A stretch of DNA of 32,000 nucleotides from Kineococcus radiotolerans SRS30216 = ATCC BAA-149 (GTDB lineage Bacteria; Actinomycetota; Actinomycetes; Actinomycetales; Kineococcaceae): NCBI RefSeq assembly GCF_000017305.1, contig NC_009664.2, forward strand, positions 3,930,001-3,962,000, written 5' to 3'. Position 1 is the first letter of the stretch. The number at the start of each line of letters is the position of its first letter. The notes beneath the pieces were generated by a model. It was not told where the DNA came from, made no database searches, and saw only the letters and a list, made by a program, of their open reading frames with translations. A program made the translations under genes and the position numbers. Shown one piece after another: positions 18,198-27,472 of this stretch.

Positions 18198-20252
18198 GTG
18201 TCCAACGACCGGCCCCCCGCGCCCAGCGGGCCCCCACGTGTGCGCCGCGGCGCCCCCATCCGTCGACCCCGTCCGGGCCGCACCCTCGCGGCGCTCGTGC
18301 TCGTCGTCGTGGCGCTGTTCGCCGCGGTGGGCGCGGGGTCGATCTGGAGCACCGCGAAGTGGTCGCCGGGACTGGCGCTCGACCTCGAGGGCGGGACACA
18401 GGTCGTGCTCACCCCCCGCGCCACCGCCGGGGGGACGGTCCCCCCCGAGCAGGTGCAGCGGGCGGCGGACATCATCCGCCAGCGCGTCGACGCGACCGGG
18501 CTGAGCGAGACCGAGGTGCAGGTCCAGGGCGGGCAGAACATCTCCGTCTCCATCCCCGGCCAGGCCACCCGCGAGCAGCTGGACCTCATCTCGCAGTCCG
18601 CCCAGCTGCGGATGCGCGTCGTGCTCTACGCCGAGCCCGTGACGCCCCCGGCCGCGCCGACCCCCACCGACGGGGCCAGCGCTGCACCGACGGACGGGGC
18701 CACCCCCACCGACGGCGCGACCGCGACCCCGACCGACGGCGCGACCCCGACCGACGGCGCGACCCCGACCGACGGCGCGACCCCGACCGACGGCGCGACG
18801 GCCTCGCCGACGCAGAGCGCCGACGGCGCCGCGGCCCCGGCCGCCCTGCAGGCCGCGGGCACCGCCACCACCGCGCCCGCCGAGCCGGCGCCCGCCGAGC
18901 CCGCCCCGGCCGAGCCCGCCCCCGCGACGACCCCGCCCTCGCTGGCCGAGCTCGCCACACCCGCGGCCACGCCCGGGCCGGGGCAGCCCACCGGCACCTC
19001 TTCGCCGGCGCCCACCGACGCCAGCGACCAGAGCTGGCTCTCCACCCCCGACCTCGCCGCGGTGTACGCCAACCTCGACTGCTCCGACCCCGCCCAGCGC
19101 TCCGGCGGCGTCGTCGACGACCCGGCCCGGCCGCTGGTCACCTGCAGCCAGGACGGGCTCACGAAGTACGTCCTCGGCCCGGCCGAGCTCGAGGGGACCG
19201 ACCTCACCAGCGCCGTCTCCGCGCAGGCGACGAACAGCCAGGGGTTCAACACCGGCGCCTGGGTGGTGCGGCTGAAGTTCAACGGCCCCGGCGCCGACGC
19301 GTTCTCCGCCCTCACGACCCGCATCTCCACCCTCGAACCGCCGCGCAACCAGTTCGCGGCCGTCCTCGACGGTCTCGTCGTCACCGCCCCCAGCGTCGAC
19401 CAGCGCTTCGGCGCCGACGTCGACATCGAGGGCGACTTCACCCGCGAGAGCGCCGAGGCGCTGGCCCAGCAGCTGCAGTTCGGCGCGCTGCCGGTGTCCT
19501 TCACGGTGCAGACCGAGGACCAGGTCTCCGCCACGCTGGGCTCGGAGCAGCTGCGCAACGGCCTCATCGCCGGCATCGTCGGCCTCGTCCTCGTCGTGGC
19601 CTACTCCCTCGTGCAGTACCGCGCCCTGGGTCTGGTCACGATCGGCAGCCTGCTGCTGGCCGCGGCCCTGAACTACGGGGTCCTGCTCCTGTTGAGCTGG
19701 CTGCAGGGCTTCCGGCTCAGCCTGGCCGGGATCGCCGGCCTCATCGTCGCCATCGGCGTCACCGCCGACTCGTTCATCCTGTTCTTCGAGCGCGTGCGCG
19801 ACGAGATCCGCGACGGGCGCATCCTGTCCTCCGCCGTCGAGGCCGGCTGGCACCGCGCCCGGCGCACGATCCTCGTCTCCGACGCCGTCAGCCTGCTCTC
19901 GGCGGTCGTGCTCTACGTCCTCGCCGTCGGCAACGTCCGCGGGTTCGCGTACACCCTCGGCATCACGACGATCATCGACGTCCTCATCGTCGTGCTCTTC
20001 ACCCACCCCGTGGTCGCGCTGCTGGCGCGGACGAAGTTCTTCGGCGGCGGGCACAAGTGGTCCGGGTTCGACCCCGAGCACCTCGGGTCGGTCGTGGCGC
20101 GGCACGCGCTGCACCGCGGTGAGCGCCGGCCCACGGTGGCCGAGCTGCGGGCCGCGGAGCGCGAGAAGGCCCGCAGCGCCGCGGGAGCGGGTGGAGGTCA
20201 GGACGAGGCCGACCGGACGACCGGTCGGGACGAGGACGGGGCGGGTTCCTGA
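18198..20252 (+). CDS. secD: protein translocase subunit SecD, with a long Pro/Thr/Ala-rich periplasmic insertion
   Basis: It has an N-terminal TM helix, the LDLEGG and IRQRVD blocks, and the C-terminal 6-TM RND-like domain (GLIAGIVGLVLV..., TADSFILFFERVRDE). It is followed by secF. Confidence 0.9.
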   Translation: MSNDRPPAPSGPPRVRRGAPIRRPRPGRTLAALVLVVVALFAAVGAGSIWSTAKWSPGLALDLEGGTQVVLTPRATAGGTVPPEQVQRAADIIRQRVDATGLSETEVQVQGGQNISVSIPGQATREQLDLISQSAQLRMRVVLYAEPVTPPAAPTPTDGASAAPTDGATPTDGATATPTDGATPTDGATPTDGATPTDGATASPTQSADGAAAPAALQAAGTATTAPAEPAPAEPAPAEPAPATTPPSLAELATPAATPGPGQPTGTSSPAPTDASDQSWLSTPDLAAVYANLDCSDPAQRSGGVVDDPARPLVTCSQDGLTKYVLGPAELEGTDLTSAVSAQATNSQGFNTGAWVVRLKFNGPGADAFSALTTRISTLEPPRNQFAAVLDGLVVTAPSVDQRFGADVDIEGDFTRESAEALAQQLQFGALPVSFTVQTEDQVSATLGSEQLRNGLIAGIVGLVLVVAYSLVQYRALGLVTIGSLLLAAALNYGVLLLLSWLQGFRLSLAGIAGLIVAIGVTADSFILFFERVRDEIRDGRILSSAVEAGWHRARRTILVSDAVSLLSAVVLYVLAVGNVRGFAYTLGITTIIDVLIVVLFTHPVVALLARTKFFGGGHKWSGFDPEHLGSVVARHALHRGERRPTVAELRAAEREKARSAAGAGGGQDEADRTTGRDEDGAGS
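18660..18920 (+). repeat. in-frame tandem repeats inside secD: (PTDGAT)n and (APAEP)3
   Basis: Four perfect 18-bp copies of gaccccgaccgacggcgc occupy 18725-18796, with degenerate copies from 18660. Three APAEP-coding units occupy about 18873-18920. Confidence 0.85.
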
Positions 20253-21244
20253 TGGGCATGGCGCAACTGGGCAACCGGCTCTACACCGGTGAGTCCTCCT
20301 TCGACTTCGTGGGCCGCCGCAAGCTGTGGTTCCTCATCGCCGCCGTCCTCGTGCTGGTCTCGGCGGTGCTGCTCGTCAAGCCCGGTCTCACCTACGGCAT
20401 CGAGTTCGAGGGCGGGTCGGAGTTCCGGGTCACCGGGTCCTCCGACGTGGACGCCGCGCGCGAGGCGGTGGAGTCGGTCCTGCCCGGCACCGTCCCCACC
20501 GTGACCACCGTCGGCTCCGACGGGGTCCGGGTCCAGACCGAGACCGTCACGACCGGGGAGCTGGACGAGATCCGTTCCGGGCTCGTCGAGCGGCTCGGGG
20601 TGCCCGACACCGCCGTGACCTCCTCGAGCATCGGCCCCAGCTGGGGCCAGGACGTCACCGACAAGGCCCTCACCGGCCTGGTGGTGTTCCTCGTCATCGT
20701 CTCCATCGTCATGACGCTGTACTTCCGGGCGTGGACGATGGCCGTGGCCTCCCTGGTGGCGCTGTTCCACGACCTCATCATCACCGCCGGGGTGTACGCC
20801 CTCGTCGGGTTCGAGGTCACCCCGGCCTCGGTCATCGGGTTCCTCACGATCCTCGGGTACTCCCTGTACGACACCGTCGTGGTCTTCGACAAGGTCCGGG
20901 AGAACACCGAGGCCGCCTTCGCGAAGAAGGACCGCACGTTCCGCGACGCCGCGAACCTCGCGATCAACCAGACCGTCGTCCGGTCGGTCAACACGACCGT
21001 CGTCGCGCTGCTGCCGGTGGCGGCCATCCTCTTCATCGGCGACCTGCTGCTGGGGGCCGGGACGCTGCGCGACATCAGCCTCGCCCTCTTCGTCGGCATG
21101 CTCGTCGGCGCCTACTCCTCGATCTTCGTCGCGACCCCGCTGCTCGCGGCGCTGCGCTCGCGCGAGGCCAAGGTCCAGGAGCTGGACCGCGCGGTCCGCG
21201 ACGGGGCCGGGGCCACCGCGGTGACCGCGGGCGGTGCGGTGTGA
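20252..21244 (+). CDS. secF: protein translocase subunit SecF
   Basis: The ATG overlaps the secD stop. The GIEFEGG block and 6-TM domain with FHDLIITAGVYAL and YDTVVVFDKVREN are present. Confidence 0.9.
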   Translation: MGMAQLGNRLYTGESSFDFVGRRKLWFLIAAVLVLVSAVLLVKPGLTYGIEFEGGSEFRVTGSSDVDAAREAVESVLPGTVPTVTTVGSDGVRVQTETVTTGELDEIRSGLVERLGVPDTAVTSSSIGPSWGQDVTDKALTGLVVFLVIVSIVMTLYFRAWTMAVASLVALFHDLIITAGVYALVGFEVTPASVIGFLTILGYSLYDTVVVFDKVRENTEAAFAKKDRTFRDAANLAINQTVVRSVNTTVVALLPVAAILFIGDLLLGAGTLRDISLALFVGMLVGAYSSIFVATPLLAALRSREAKVQELDRAVRDGAGATAVTAGGAV

Positions 21245-21798
21245 GCGACCTGCTCGTCGTGCCCGACGCCGAGCGCGTCGCGGCCACCGTCGTCGCGGGG
21301 TTCCGCGACGTGGTGGACTTCCCCCAGCCGGGCGTGGTCTTCAAGGACATCACCCCGCTGCTGGCCGACGCCCGCGCCTTCGCCACCGTCGTCGAGGCGC
21401 TGGCGGCGCTGGCCCGGGCGAGCGGGGCGAGCGCGGTGGCGGGGATCGAGGCCCGCGGGTTCATGCTCGCCGCCCCCGCGGCGGAACGGGCCGGGCTGGG
21501 GTTCTGGCCCGTGCGCAAGGCCGGGAAGCTGCCCGCCCCCGTCCTGCGGCGGGAGTACGCCCTCGAGTACGGCACCGCGGCCCTGGAGCTGTCGGCCGGG
21601 ACGGTCGGAGCGGGCGAGCGGGTCCTCGTCGTCGACGACGTCCTCGCCACCGGCGGCACCGCGCGCGCGGCCTGCGAACTGCTGGAGGAGGCCGGGGCGC
21701 AGGTCGTGGCCCTGGCCGTCCTGCTCGAGCTCGCCCCCCTCGGCGGCCGCCCCCGGCTGGGGGACCGGCCGGTCGTGGCGCTGCACACCCAGACCTGA
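21241..21798 (+). CDS. apt: adenine phosphoribosyltransferase
   Basis: The GTG overlaps the secF stop (GTGA). It has FPQPGVVFKDITPLL and the PRPP-binding loop VLVVDDVLATGGTA. Confidence 0.9.
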   Translation: MSDLLVVPDAERVAATVVAGFRDVVDFPQPGVVFKDITPLLADARAFATVVEALAALARASGASAVAGIEARGFMLAAPAAERAGLGFWPVRKAGKLPAPVLRREYALEYGTAALELSAGTVGAGERVLVVDDVLATGGTARAACELLEEAGAQVVALAVLLELAPLGGRPRLGDRPVVALHTQT

Positions 21799-21884
21799 GC
21801 CCGGTCCGGGCCCGGTCCGCCGGTCGTGCCGCGGCGCGAGCGCGCGCGACCTAGACTGGGCACCGGAACGAACGGAGGGGCGAC

Positions 21885-24332
21885 ATGGCCGACGGCAGCG
21901 AGACGCACGTCACCGCCACGACTGCGCCCGAGGCGCCGGGAACCGAGCCCACGGGCGGTCCCGCCGCGGTGCAGGGCCAGGTGGTCCCCGCGCCCGCCCC
22001 GCAGCGGCGGCCCGCCTCGGGGCGGCCCAACGGCCCCGAACGCCGGCGCGGCACCGAGGCCCACACCGGCCCCGTCACCGCCGGGCGGATGCTCTCCCGC
22101 CTCGCCCGCTTCGGGCAGCACCGGCAGCAGAGCGTCTCCCCGGTGCTGGAACCGCTGCTGCGCACGGTCTCCAACACCCACCCCAAGGCGGACCTGTCCG
22201 TCGTGGAGAAGGCCTTCGAGCGCGCCGAGCGCGCCCACGACGGCCAGCGCCGCAAGAGCGGTGACCCCTACATCACCCACCCCGTCGCGGTGGCCACGAT
22301 CCTCGCCGAGCTGGGCATGACGCCCTCGACGCTGGCGGCGGCCCTGCTGCACGACACCGTCGAGGACACCGACTACACCCTCGCCACGCTGCGCGCCGAG
22401 TTCGGCGACGAGATCGCCCTGCTCGTCGACGGCGTCACCAAGCTCGACAAGGTCACCTACGGCGACGCGGCGCAGGCCGAGACCGTCCGCAAGATGATCG
22501 TCGCGATGGCCAAGGACATCCGGGTCCTGGTCATCAAGCTCGCCGACCGCCTCCACAACGCCCGCACCTGGCGCTACGTCTCGGCGTCCTCGGCGGAGAA
22601 GAAGGCCCGCGAGACGCTGGAGATCTACGCCCCGCTGGCGCACCGGCTGGGCATGAACACCATCAAGTGGGAGCTGGAGGACCTGTCCTTCGCGACGGTC
22701 TACCCCAAGGTGTTCGACGAGATCGTGCGGCTGGTGGCCGACCGCGCCCCCGCCCGCGAGGAGTACCTGCAGGGCGTGCGGGCGCAGATCGAGGACGACC
22801 TCAAGAGCGCGCGGGTGCGCGCCACGGTCACCGGGCGGCCCAAGCACTACTACTCGATCTACCAGAAGATGATCGTCCGCGGCCGCGACTTCGCCGAGAT
22901 CTACGACCTCGTCGGCGTGCGCGTCCTCGTCGACTCCGTGCGCGACTGCTACGCCGTCCTCGGTGCGCTGCACGCGCGCTGGAACCCGGTCCCGGGCCGG
23001 TTCAAGGACTACATCGCGATGCCCAAGTTCAACATGTACCAGTCGCTGCACACGACGGTCATCGGGCCCGAGGGCAAGCCCGTGGAGATCCAGATCCGGA
23101 CCCACAACATGCACCAGCGCGCCGAGTACGGCGTCGCGGCGCACTGGAAGTACAAGGACGACCCCAACGCCAGCGGCGGCGGCGGGGTCCAGAACGAGAT
23201 GGACTGGCTCAAGGCCGTCGTCGACTGGCAGCGGGAGTCCGCCTCCAGCGACTTCCTCGACGACCTGCGCTGGGAGATCAACGCCGGCCAGGTGTTCGTC
23301 TTCACCCCGAAGGGCGACGTCCAGGAGCTGCCCGCGGGGTCCACCCCGGTCGATTTCGCCTACGCCGTCCACACCGAGGTCGGGCACCGCACGATGGGGG
23401 CGCGGGTCAACGGCCGCCTCGTGCCGCTGGAGTCCACCCTGGACAACGGCGACCTGGTGGAGATCTTCACGTCCAAGGCCGACGGGGCCGGCCCCAGCCG
23501 GGACTGGCTGCAGTTCGTCAAGAGCCCCCGGGCGCGCAACAAGATCAAGCAGTACTTCTCCAAGGAGCGGCGGGAGGAGGCGATCGAGGACGGCAAGGAC
23601 GAGATCGCCCGCGCGATGCGCAAGCAGCACCTCCCGCTGCAGCGCCTGCTCTCCCACGACTCCCTCCTCGTCGTCGCCCGCGAGCTGAACCACCCCGACG
23701 TCTCGGCCCTCTACGCCGCCGTCGGCGAGCGCCACGTCTCCGCCGCGCACGTCGTGGAGAAGCTCATCGCGGCCGTCGGGGGGGAGGCCGCCGTCGAGGA
23801 GGACCTCGCCGAGGCCACCACCCCGGGTCAGACCCGGCCCACCCGCACCAGCAGCGACGCCGGGGTCGTCGTCGCGGGCGCGGAGGACGTCTGGGTCAAG
23901 CTCGCCCGCTGCTGCACCCCCGTCCCGCAGGACCCGATCGTCGGGTTCGTCACCCGCGGCGCCGGGGTCTCGGTGCACCGCGAGGACTGCGAGAACGTGA
24001 CGATGCTGCGCAACGAGCCCGAGCGCATCGTGGACGTGCAGTGGGCCTCGGCCATCGCCACCGGCCAGACCCGCCTGTTCCTGGTGCAGATCCAGGTGGA
24101 GGCGCTGGACCGGGCCCGGTTGCTCTCCGACGTCACGCGGGTCCTCTCCGACAACCACGTCAACATCCTGTCCGCGACGGTGTCCACCAGCCGGGACCGG
24201 GTGGCCCTGTCGAAGTTCTCCTTCGAGATGGCCGAGCCGAACCACCTCAACCAGGTGCTCAACGCGGTGCGGCGGGTCGACGGCGTCTTCGACGCCTACC
24301 GCGTCATGGCGTCGCGACCGACGAAGGGCTGA
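21885..24332 (+). CDS. rel: bifunctional (p)ppGpp synthetase/hydrolase Rel (RelA/SpoT homologue)
   Basis: It has the HD hydrolase motifs ([18 protein letters not shown]), synthetase motifs ([40 protein letters not shown]), and TGS and C-terminal ACT regions. SD ggagggg lies upstream. About 80 aa of disordered N-terminal extension precede the domains. Confidence 0.95.
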   Translation: MADGSETHVTATTAPEAPGTEPTGGPAAVQGQVVPAPAPQRRPASGRPNGPERRRGTEAHTGPVTAGRMLSRLARFGQHRQQSVSPVLEPLLRTVSNTHPKADLSVVEKAFERAERAHDGQRRKSGDPYITHPVAVATILAELGMTPSTLAAALLHDTVEDTDYTLATLRAEFGDEIALLVDGVTKLDKVTYGDAAQAETVRKMIVAMAKDIRVLVIKLADRLHNARTWRYVSASSAEKKARETLEIYAPLAHRLGMNTIKWELEDLSFATVYPKVFDEIVRLVADRAPAREEYLQGVRAQIEDDLKSARVRATVTGRPKHYYSIYQKMIVRGRDFAEIYDLVGVRVLVDSVRDCYAVLGALHARWNPVPGRFKDYIAMPKFNMYQSLHTTVIGPEGKPVEIQIRTHNMHQRAEYGVAAHWKYKDDPNASGGGGVQNEMDWLKAVVDWQRESASSDFLDDLRWEINAGQVFVFTPKGDVQELPAGSTPVDFAYAVHTEVGHRTMGARVNGRLVPLESTLDNGDLVEIFTSKADGAGPSRDWLQFVKSPRARNKIKQYFSKERREEAIEDGKDEIARAMRKQHLPLQRLLSHDSLLVVARELNHPDVSALYAAVGERHVSAAHVVEKLIAAVGGEAAVEEDLAEATTPGQTRPTRTSSDAGVVVAGAEDVWVKLARCCTPVPQDPIVGFVTRGAGVSVHREDCENVTMLRNEPERIVDVQWASAIATGQTRLFLVQIQVEALDRARLLSDVTRVLSDNHVNILSATVSTSRDRVALSKFSFEMAEPNHLNQVLNAVRRVDGVFDAYRVMASRPTKG

Positions 24333-24933
24333 GGGCCGCCGGGCCCGGCGCGCGGGGCAGGCCCAGGGCCCGGCGGGCCGTCCGCACGCCCCCGCGGCCC
24401 CGGGCGCGGTCGCTGGCGGCGCGGACGTCCCCCTCGACCAGCAGGCCCGCGGCGAGCATCCGCTCCCGCAGCCACGCCGCCCGGTGCGGCTGGGCGGCGG
24501 CGACGTCGAGCAGGGTCCGGGCCGGGCCGGTGAGGGTCAGGCCGGCGACCTCGTGCAGCTCGTCGACGGCGGGCCGGACCCGGGAGAAGCTCACCCGCAG
24601 CGGGGCGGGGGAGCCCACGTCGGGCAACCGGGTCCCGGCCACGCGCACCTCCCGGGGGGAGGTCAGCGGCGGGCCGAGGTGGACCCAGGCCGCGGCGTCG
24701 GCGAGGACGACCGACCCGGCGGGCACGAGCAGGGCCAGGGCCCGGGCGCGCAGGGCGGTGTCCAGGGGCACGTCGCCGGCGACGACGACGTCCCCGACGA
24801 CCCGTTGCAGGAGACCCTCGCGGACCTCCCGGTCGGCCTCAGCCGCCTCGGCCCGCCCCCGCGGCCGCCAGGGGAGGTCGGTGGGGGTGCCCGTCCCGCG
24901 GGAGAGCACCCCGGTCAGCCAGTCGTCGCGCAC
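24304..24933 (-). CDS. hypothetical protein with AbiEi-antitoxin-like architecture (orphan)
   Basis: GC3 is very high in this frame only. [12 protein letters not shown]...[26 protein letters not shown]...[18 protein letters not shown] resembles the central region of actinobacterial AbiEi-family proteins. The GTG start at 24933 is tentative. Confidence 0.5.
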   Translation of the reverse strand: MRDDWLTGVLSRGTGTPTDLPWRPRGRAEAAEADREVREGLLQRVVGDVVVAGDVPLDTALRARALALLVPAGSVVLADAAAWVHLGPPLTSPREVRVAGTRLPDVGSPAPLRVSFSRVRPAVDELHEVAGLTLTGPARTLLDVAAAQPHRAAWLRERMLAAGLLVEGDVRAASDRARGRGGVRTARRALGLPRAPGPAALSPSSVATP

Positions 24934-24995
24934 GCGCCCCAGTCCACACCGCGGTGGGGTGCGTGCGCGACGGCCCGGCCGGACCTGTGGACAGC

Positions 24996-26651
24996 TCAGG
25001 CGTCGCGCAGCGCGGCCTGCGCGGCGTCGAGCCACGCCCGGCGCGCCCGCAGGGCCTCCTCGGCCCGGGACAGCGCCCGGGTGTCGCCGCTGGCGCGGGC
25101 CTTCTCGACGTCGGCCTCGAGGTCGCGGATGGCGTTCTCGAGCTGGCTGGCCAGCCCGCCCGCGCGGGCCTGGGCCTCGGGGTTGGACCGGGACCAGCGC
25201 GCCTGCTCGGCGTCGCGCACGGCGGTCTCCACCGCCCGCAGCCGGCCCTCGACCCGGCCCATGTCGGCGCGCGGCACCTTGCCGGCGGCCTCCCAGCGGT
25301 CCTGGATGCCGTTGAGCACCTTCTTCGCGGCGTTGAGGTCCTTGATCGGCAGCAGCGCCTCGGCCTCGACGAGCAGCTGCTCCTTCACCGCGAGGTTCTC
25401 GCGGAACTCCTCGTCGACCTCCTCGTTGGCGGCCGTGCGCGCGGCGAAGAAGACGTCCTGGGCGGCGCGGAAGCGGTCCCACAACGCGTCGTCGTCCTTG
25501 CGCCCGAGCCGGCCCGCCGCCTTCCAGCGGTCCATCAGGGCGCGGTAGGCGTTGGTCGTGCCGCGCCAGTCGGTGGAGGTGGACAGCTGCTCGGCCTCGG
25601 CGACCAGCGCCTCCTTCTCGGAGCGGATGGTGGTCCGCTGCTCACCGAGGGCGGCGAAGTGGTGCCGGCGCATCTTGTCGAAGGCGCTGCGGGCGTGGCT
25701 GAAGCGCTTCCACAGCTCGTCCTCGCTGCGCTTGTCCAGCCGGCCCTCGCGCTGGGCAGCCTTCCACTCCTCGAACAGCACGCGCAGCCGCTCGCCGGAG
25801 GAGCGCCACTGGACCTTCTCCGGGTCCTGGCCGGCGATCTGCTCGGCCTCCTCCACGATGGCCAGCCGGGCAGCGCGCAGCTGCTCGCGCTGCGCGGCGC
25901 GGGCGCGGTCGGCCGCGGCGCGGGCCTCGTCGGCGACGGTCGCCAGCGCCTCCACGCGGGCGGCGAGGGCGTCGAGGTCACCCACGGCGCGGGTCTCGGC
26001 CAGCGCGGTGCGCAGGGCGGTGACCCCGGCGACGATGTCCTTGCCGGCCAGCTCGGTGCTGCGCAGCCGCTGGTCGAACAGGTCGACCTGGGCGACGACC
26101 TCCTCGTACTTGCGCACGAAGTAGGCGATCGCCTCCTCCGGGCTGGCGTCGGGGTAGGCGCCGACCTCGTGCTCGCCGTCGGCGCGGCGCACCCACACGG
26201 TGCCGTTCTCGTCGACGCGGCCGAAGGCGGCGGCGGCCGCGCGGTCCACCGACGTCAGGTGCCCGACCTCGGGAGCGGGTTCGGCGGCGACCGGGGTGGC
26301 GGTGGGCGCCGGGGCGGGACGGGGGACCGGGCGCGGGGCGGGCGCCGGACGGGGGGCGGGCGCGGGGGCGGCCTGCACCGACTGCTCGGCCGGCTGCTGC
26401 CCGGCCGGCTCCGGGGCCACCGGCTGCTCGGCCACCGGCTGCTCGGCCGGCTCCTGCCCCGTCGGCTCCTGCGCCGGCTCACCGGCCTCGGGCTGCGCCG
26501 GGGTCTGCGGCTGGTCCTCGGGCTGCTGCTCCGACGGCGCCTCGGCCGCCGGCTCCGGCTGCGCCGGGGTCGCTTCGGTGGGGGTCTGCGCGGTGTCCGC
26601 CACGTCCACGGGGGACGCCGGCTCCTGGGGCTGCTCGGTCACCCGCCGCAT
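24996..26651 (-). CDS. DUF349 domain-containing protein
   Basis: It has repeated helical DUF349 units (ELWKRFSHARSAFDKMRRHHF, ALWDRFRAAQDVFFAAR, VLNGIQDRWEAAGKVPR) after a Pro/Glu/Gln/Ala-rich N-terminal region. The start is ATG 26651 or the in-frame GTG 26642. Confidence 0.85.
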   Translation of the reverse strand: MRRVTEQPQEPASPVDVADTAQTPTEATPAQPEPAAEAPSEQQPEDQPQTPAQPEAGEPAQEPTGQEPAEQPVAEQPVAPEPAGQQPAEQSVQAAPAPAPRPAPAPRPVPRPAPAPTATPVAAEPAPEVGHLTSVDRAAAAAFGRVDENGTVWVRRADGEHEVGAYPDASPEEAIAYFVRKYEEVVAQVDLFDQRLRSTELAGKDIVAGVTALRTALAETRAVGDLDALAARVEALATVADEARAAADRARAAQREQLRAARLAIVEEAEQIAGQDPEKVQWRSSGERLRVLFEEWKAAQREGRLDKRSEDELWKRFSHARSAFDKMRRHHFAALGEQRTTIRSEKEALVAEAEQLSTSTDWRGTTNAYRALMDRWKAAGRLGRKDDDALWDRFRAAQDVFFAARTAANEEVDEEFRENLAVKEQLLVEAEALLPIKDLNAAKKVLNGIQDRWEAAGKVPRADMGRVEGRLRAVETAVRDAEQARWSRSNPEAQARAGGLASQLENAIRDLEADVEKARASGDTRALSRAEEALRARRAWLDAAQAALRDA

Positions 26652-26655
26652 TCTA
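26650..26655 (-). promoter_or_regulatory. putative -10 hexamer TAGAAT (leaderless DUF349 transcript)
   Basis: The minus strand reads ggaccTAGAATgcggcggGTG. The G of the in-frame GTG (26642) is the 8th nt after the hexamer. No SD is present. Confidence 0.35.
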
Positions 26656-26748
26656 GGTCCCCCGGCCCCGGAAGGGCGTGGTCCGTCACGGCGTGCCCCC
26701 TCCCGAGCGCGCGCGGTGAACGGCCGGGCGGGCTCGGGGAGCCCTCAC

Positions 26749-26754
26749 TAGGGT
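26749..26754 (+). promoter_or_regulatory. putative -10 hexamer TAGGGT (leaderless MBL-hydrolase transcript)
   Basis: ctcacTAGGGTgctcgacGTG: the G of the in-frame GTG 26762 is the 8th nt after the hexamer, the same geometry as the divergent partner. Confidence 0.35.
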
Positions 26755-27469
26755 GCTCGACGTGCTCATCGACACGGTGGAGGCCACCGTCTTCGGGACC
26801 AACTGCTACGTCGTCGCCCCCGCCGCGGGCGAGGAGTGCGTCGTCGTGGACCCCGGGGTCGACGTGGCCGACCGGCTGGCGGAGGTGCTGCGGCGGCACC
26901 GGCTGAAGCCCGCCGCGGTCCTGCTGACCCACGGCCACCTGGACCACACCTTCTCCGTGACCCCCGTCTGCGGGGCCCACGGGGTGGCCGCGACGATCCA
27001 CGCCGCCGACGCCCACCGCCTGCACGACCCGCTCGCCGGGCTCGGTGCCCCGCTGCGCGCGGCGCTGGAGGCCACGACGGGCGCGGTGACCTGGCGTGAA
27101 CCCGACGAGGTCGTCACCGTGGAGGACGGCGCGGCGCTGCGGGTCGCGGGGCTCTCGATCGACGTCTCGCACGCCCCGGGGCACACCGAGGGGTCGGTGC
27201 TGTTCTCGGTGCAGCGCCCCGGGGAGGCCGACGTGCTGCTGTCCGGCGACGTCCTCTTCGCCGGTTCCATCGGGCGCACCGACCTGCCCGGCGGGGACCA
27301 CCGGGCCATGCTGCGCAGCCTGCTCACCCGCGTCCTGCCCCTGGACGACGCCACCGAGGTCCTCCCCGGCCACGGCCCGGCCACGACCATCGCCCGCGAG
27401 CGCGCCACCAACCCCCACCTGCGCCGGCTCGCCGGCCTGAGCGGGTTCACCGGGCTCACCGGCGGCTGA
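26753..27469 (+). CDS. MBL-fold metallo-hydrolase (glyoxalase II-like)
   Basis: It has FGTNCYVV, the zinc motif LLTHGHLDHT, APGHTEGS, and GDVLFAGSIGRTDLPGG. The true start may be GTG 26762. Confidence 0.85.
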   Translation: MLDVLIDTVEATVFGTNCYVVAPAAGEECVVVDPGVDVADRLAEVLRRHRLKPAAVLLTHGHLDHTFSVTPVCGAHGVAATIHAADAHRLHDPLAGLGAPLRAALEATTGAVTWREPDEVVTVEDGAALRVAGLSIDVSHAPGHTEGSVLFSVQRPGEADVLLSGDVLFAGSIGRTDLPGGDHRAMLRSLLTRVLPLDDATEVLPGHGPATTIARERATNPHLRRLAGLSGFTGLTGG

Positions 27470-27472
27470 GCC

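Noticed and set aside
14359-18399. 1346-aa ORF on the minus strand, the longest in the window
   Set aside because: It runs antisense or out of frame across ruvC, ruvA, ruvB and yajC, and shares the dienelactone hydrolase's strand in a different frame. All of these have unmistakable family motifs. Its product is Arg/Pro/Gly/Ala-rich low-complexity sequence with no motif. Long stop-free frames are expected in DNA this GC-rich.
18660-18920. Possible CRISPR array or minisatellite
   Set aside because: The repeats are directly adjacent with no spacers. They are multiples of 3 nt and in frame within secD, encoding Pro/Thr/Asp/Gly/Ala units. This is a coding tandem repeat, not a CRISPR array.
21075-24245. 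1056-aa minus-strand ORF, together with the 882-aa plus ORF at 22667-25315 and the 650-aa plus ORF at 24954-26906
   Set aside because: They are antisense or out of frame to apt, rel and the DUF349 gene, all of which carry clear motifs. The products are Arg/Pro/Gly repeats without domains.
26255-26640. Repetitive Pro/Glu/Gln/Ala-coding DNA at the 5' end of the DUF349 gene as an independent repeat element
   Set aside because: It is in frame with the DUF349 ORF, and such disordered N-terminal regions are usual in this family. The copies are short and imperfect (caccggctgctcggc twice).
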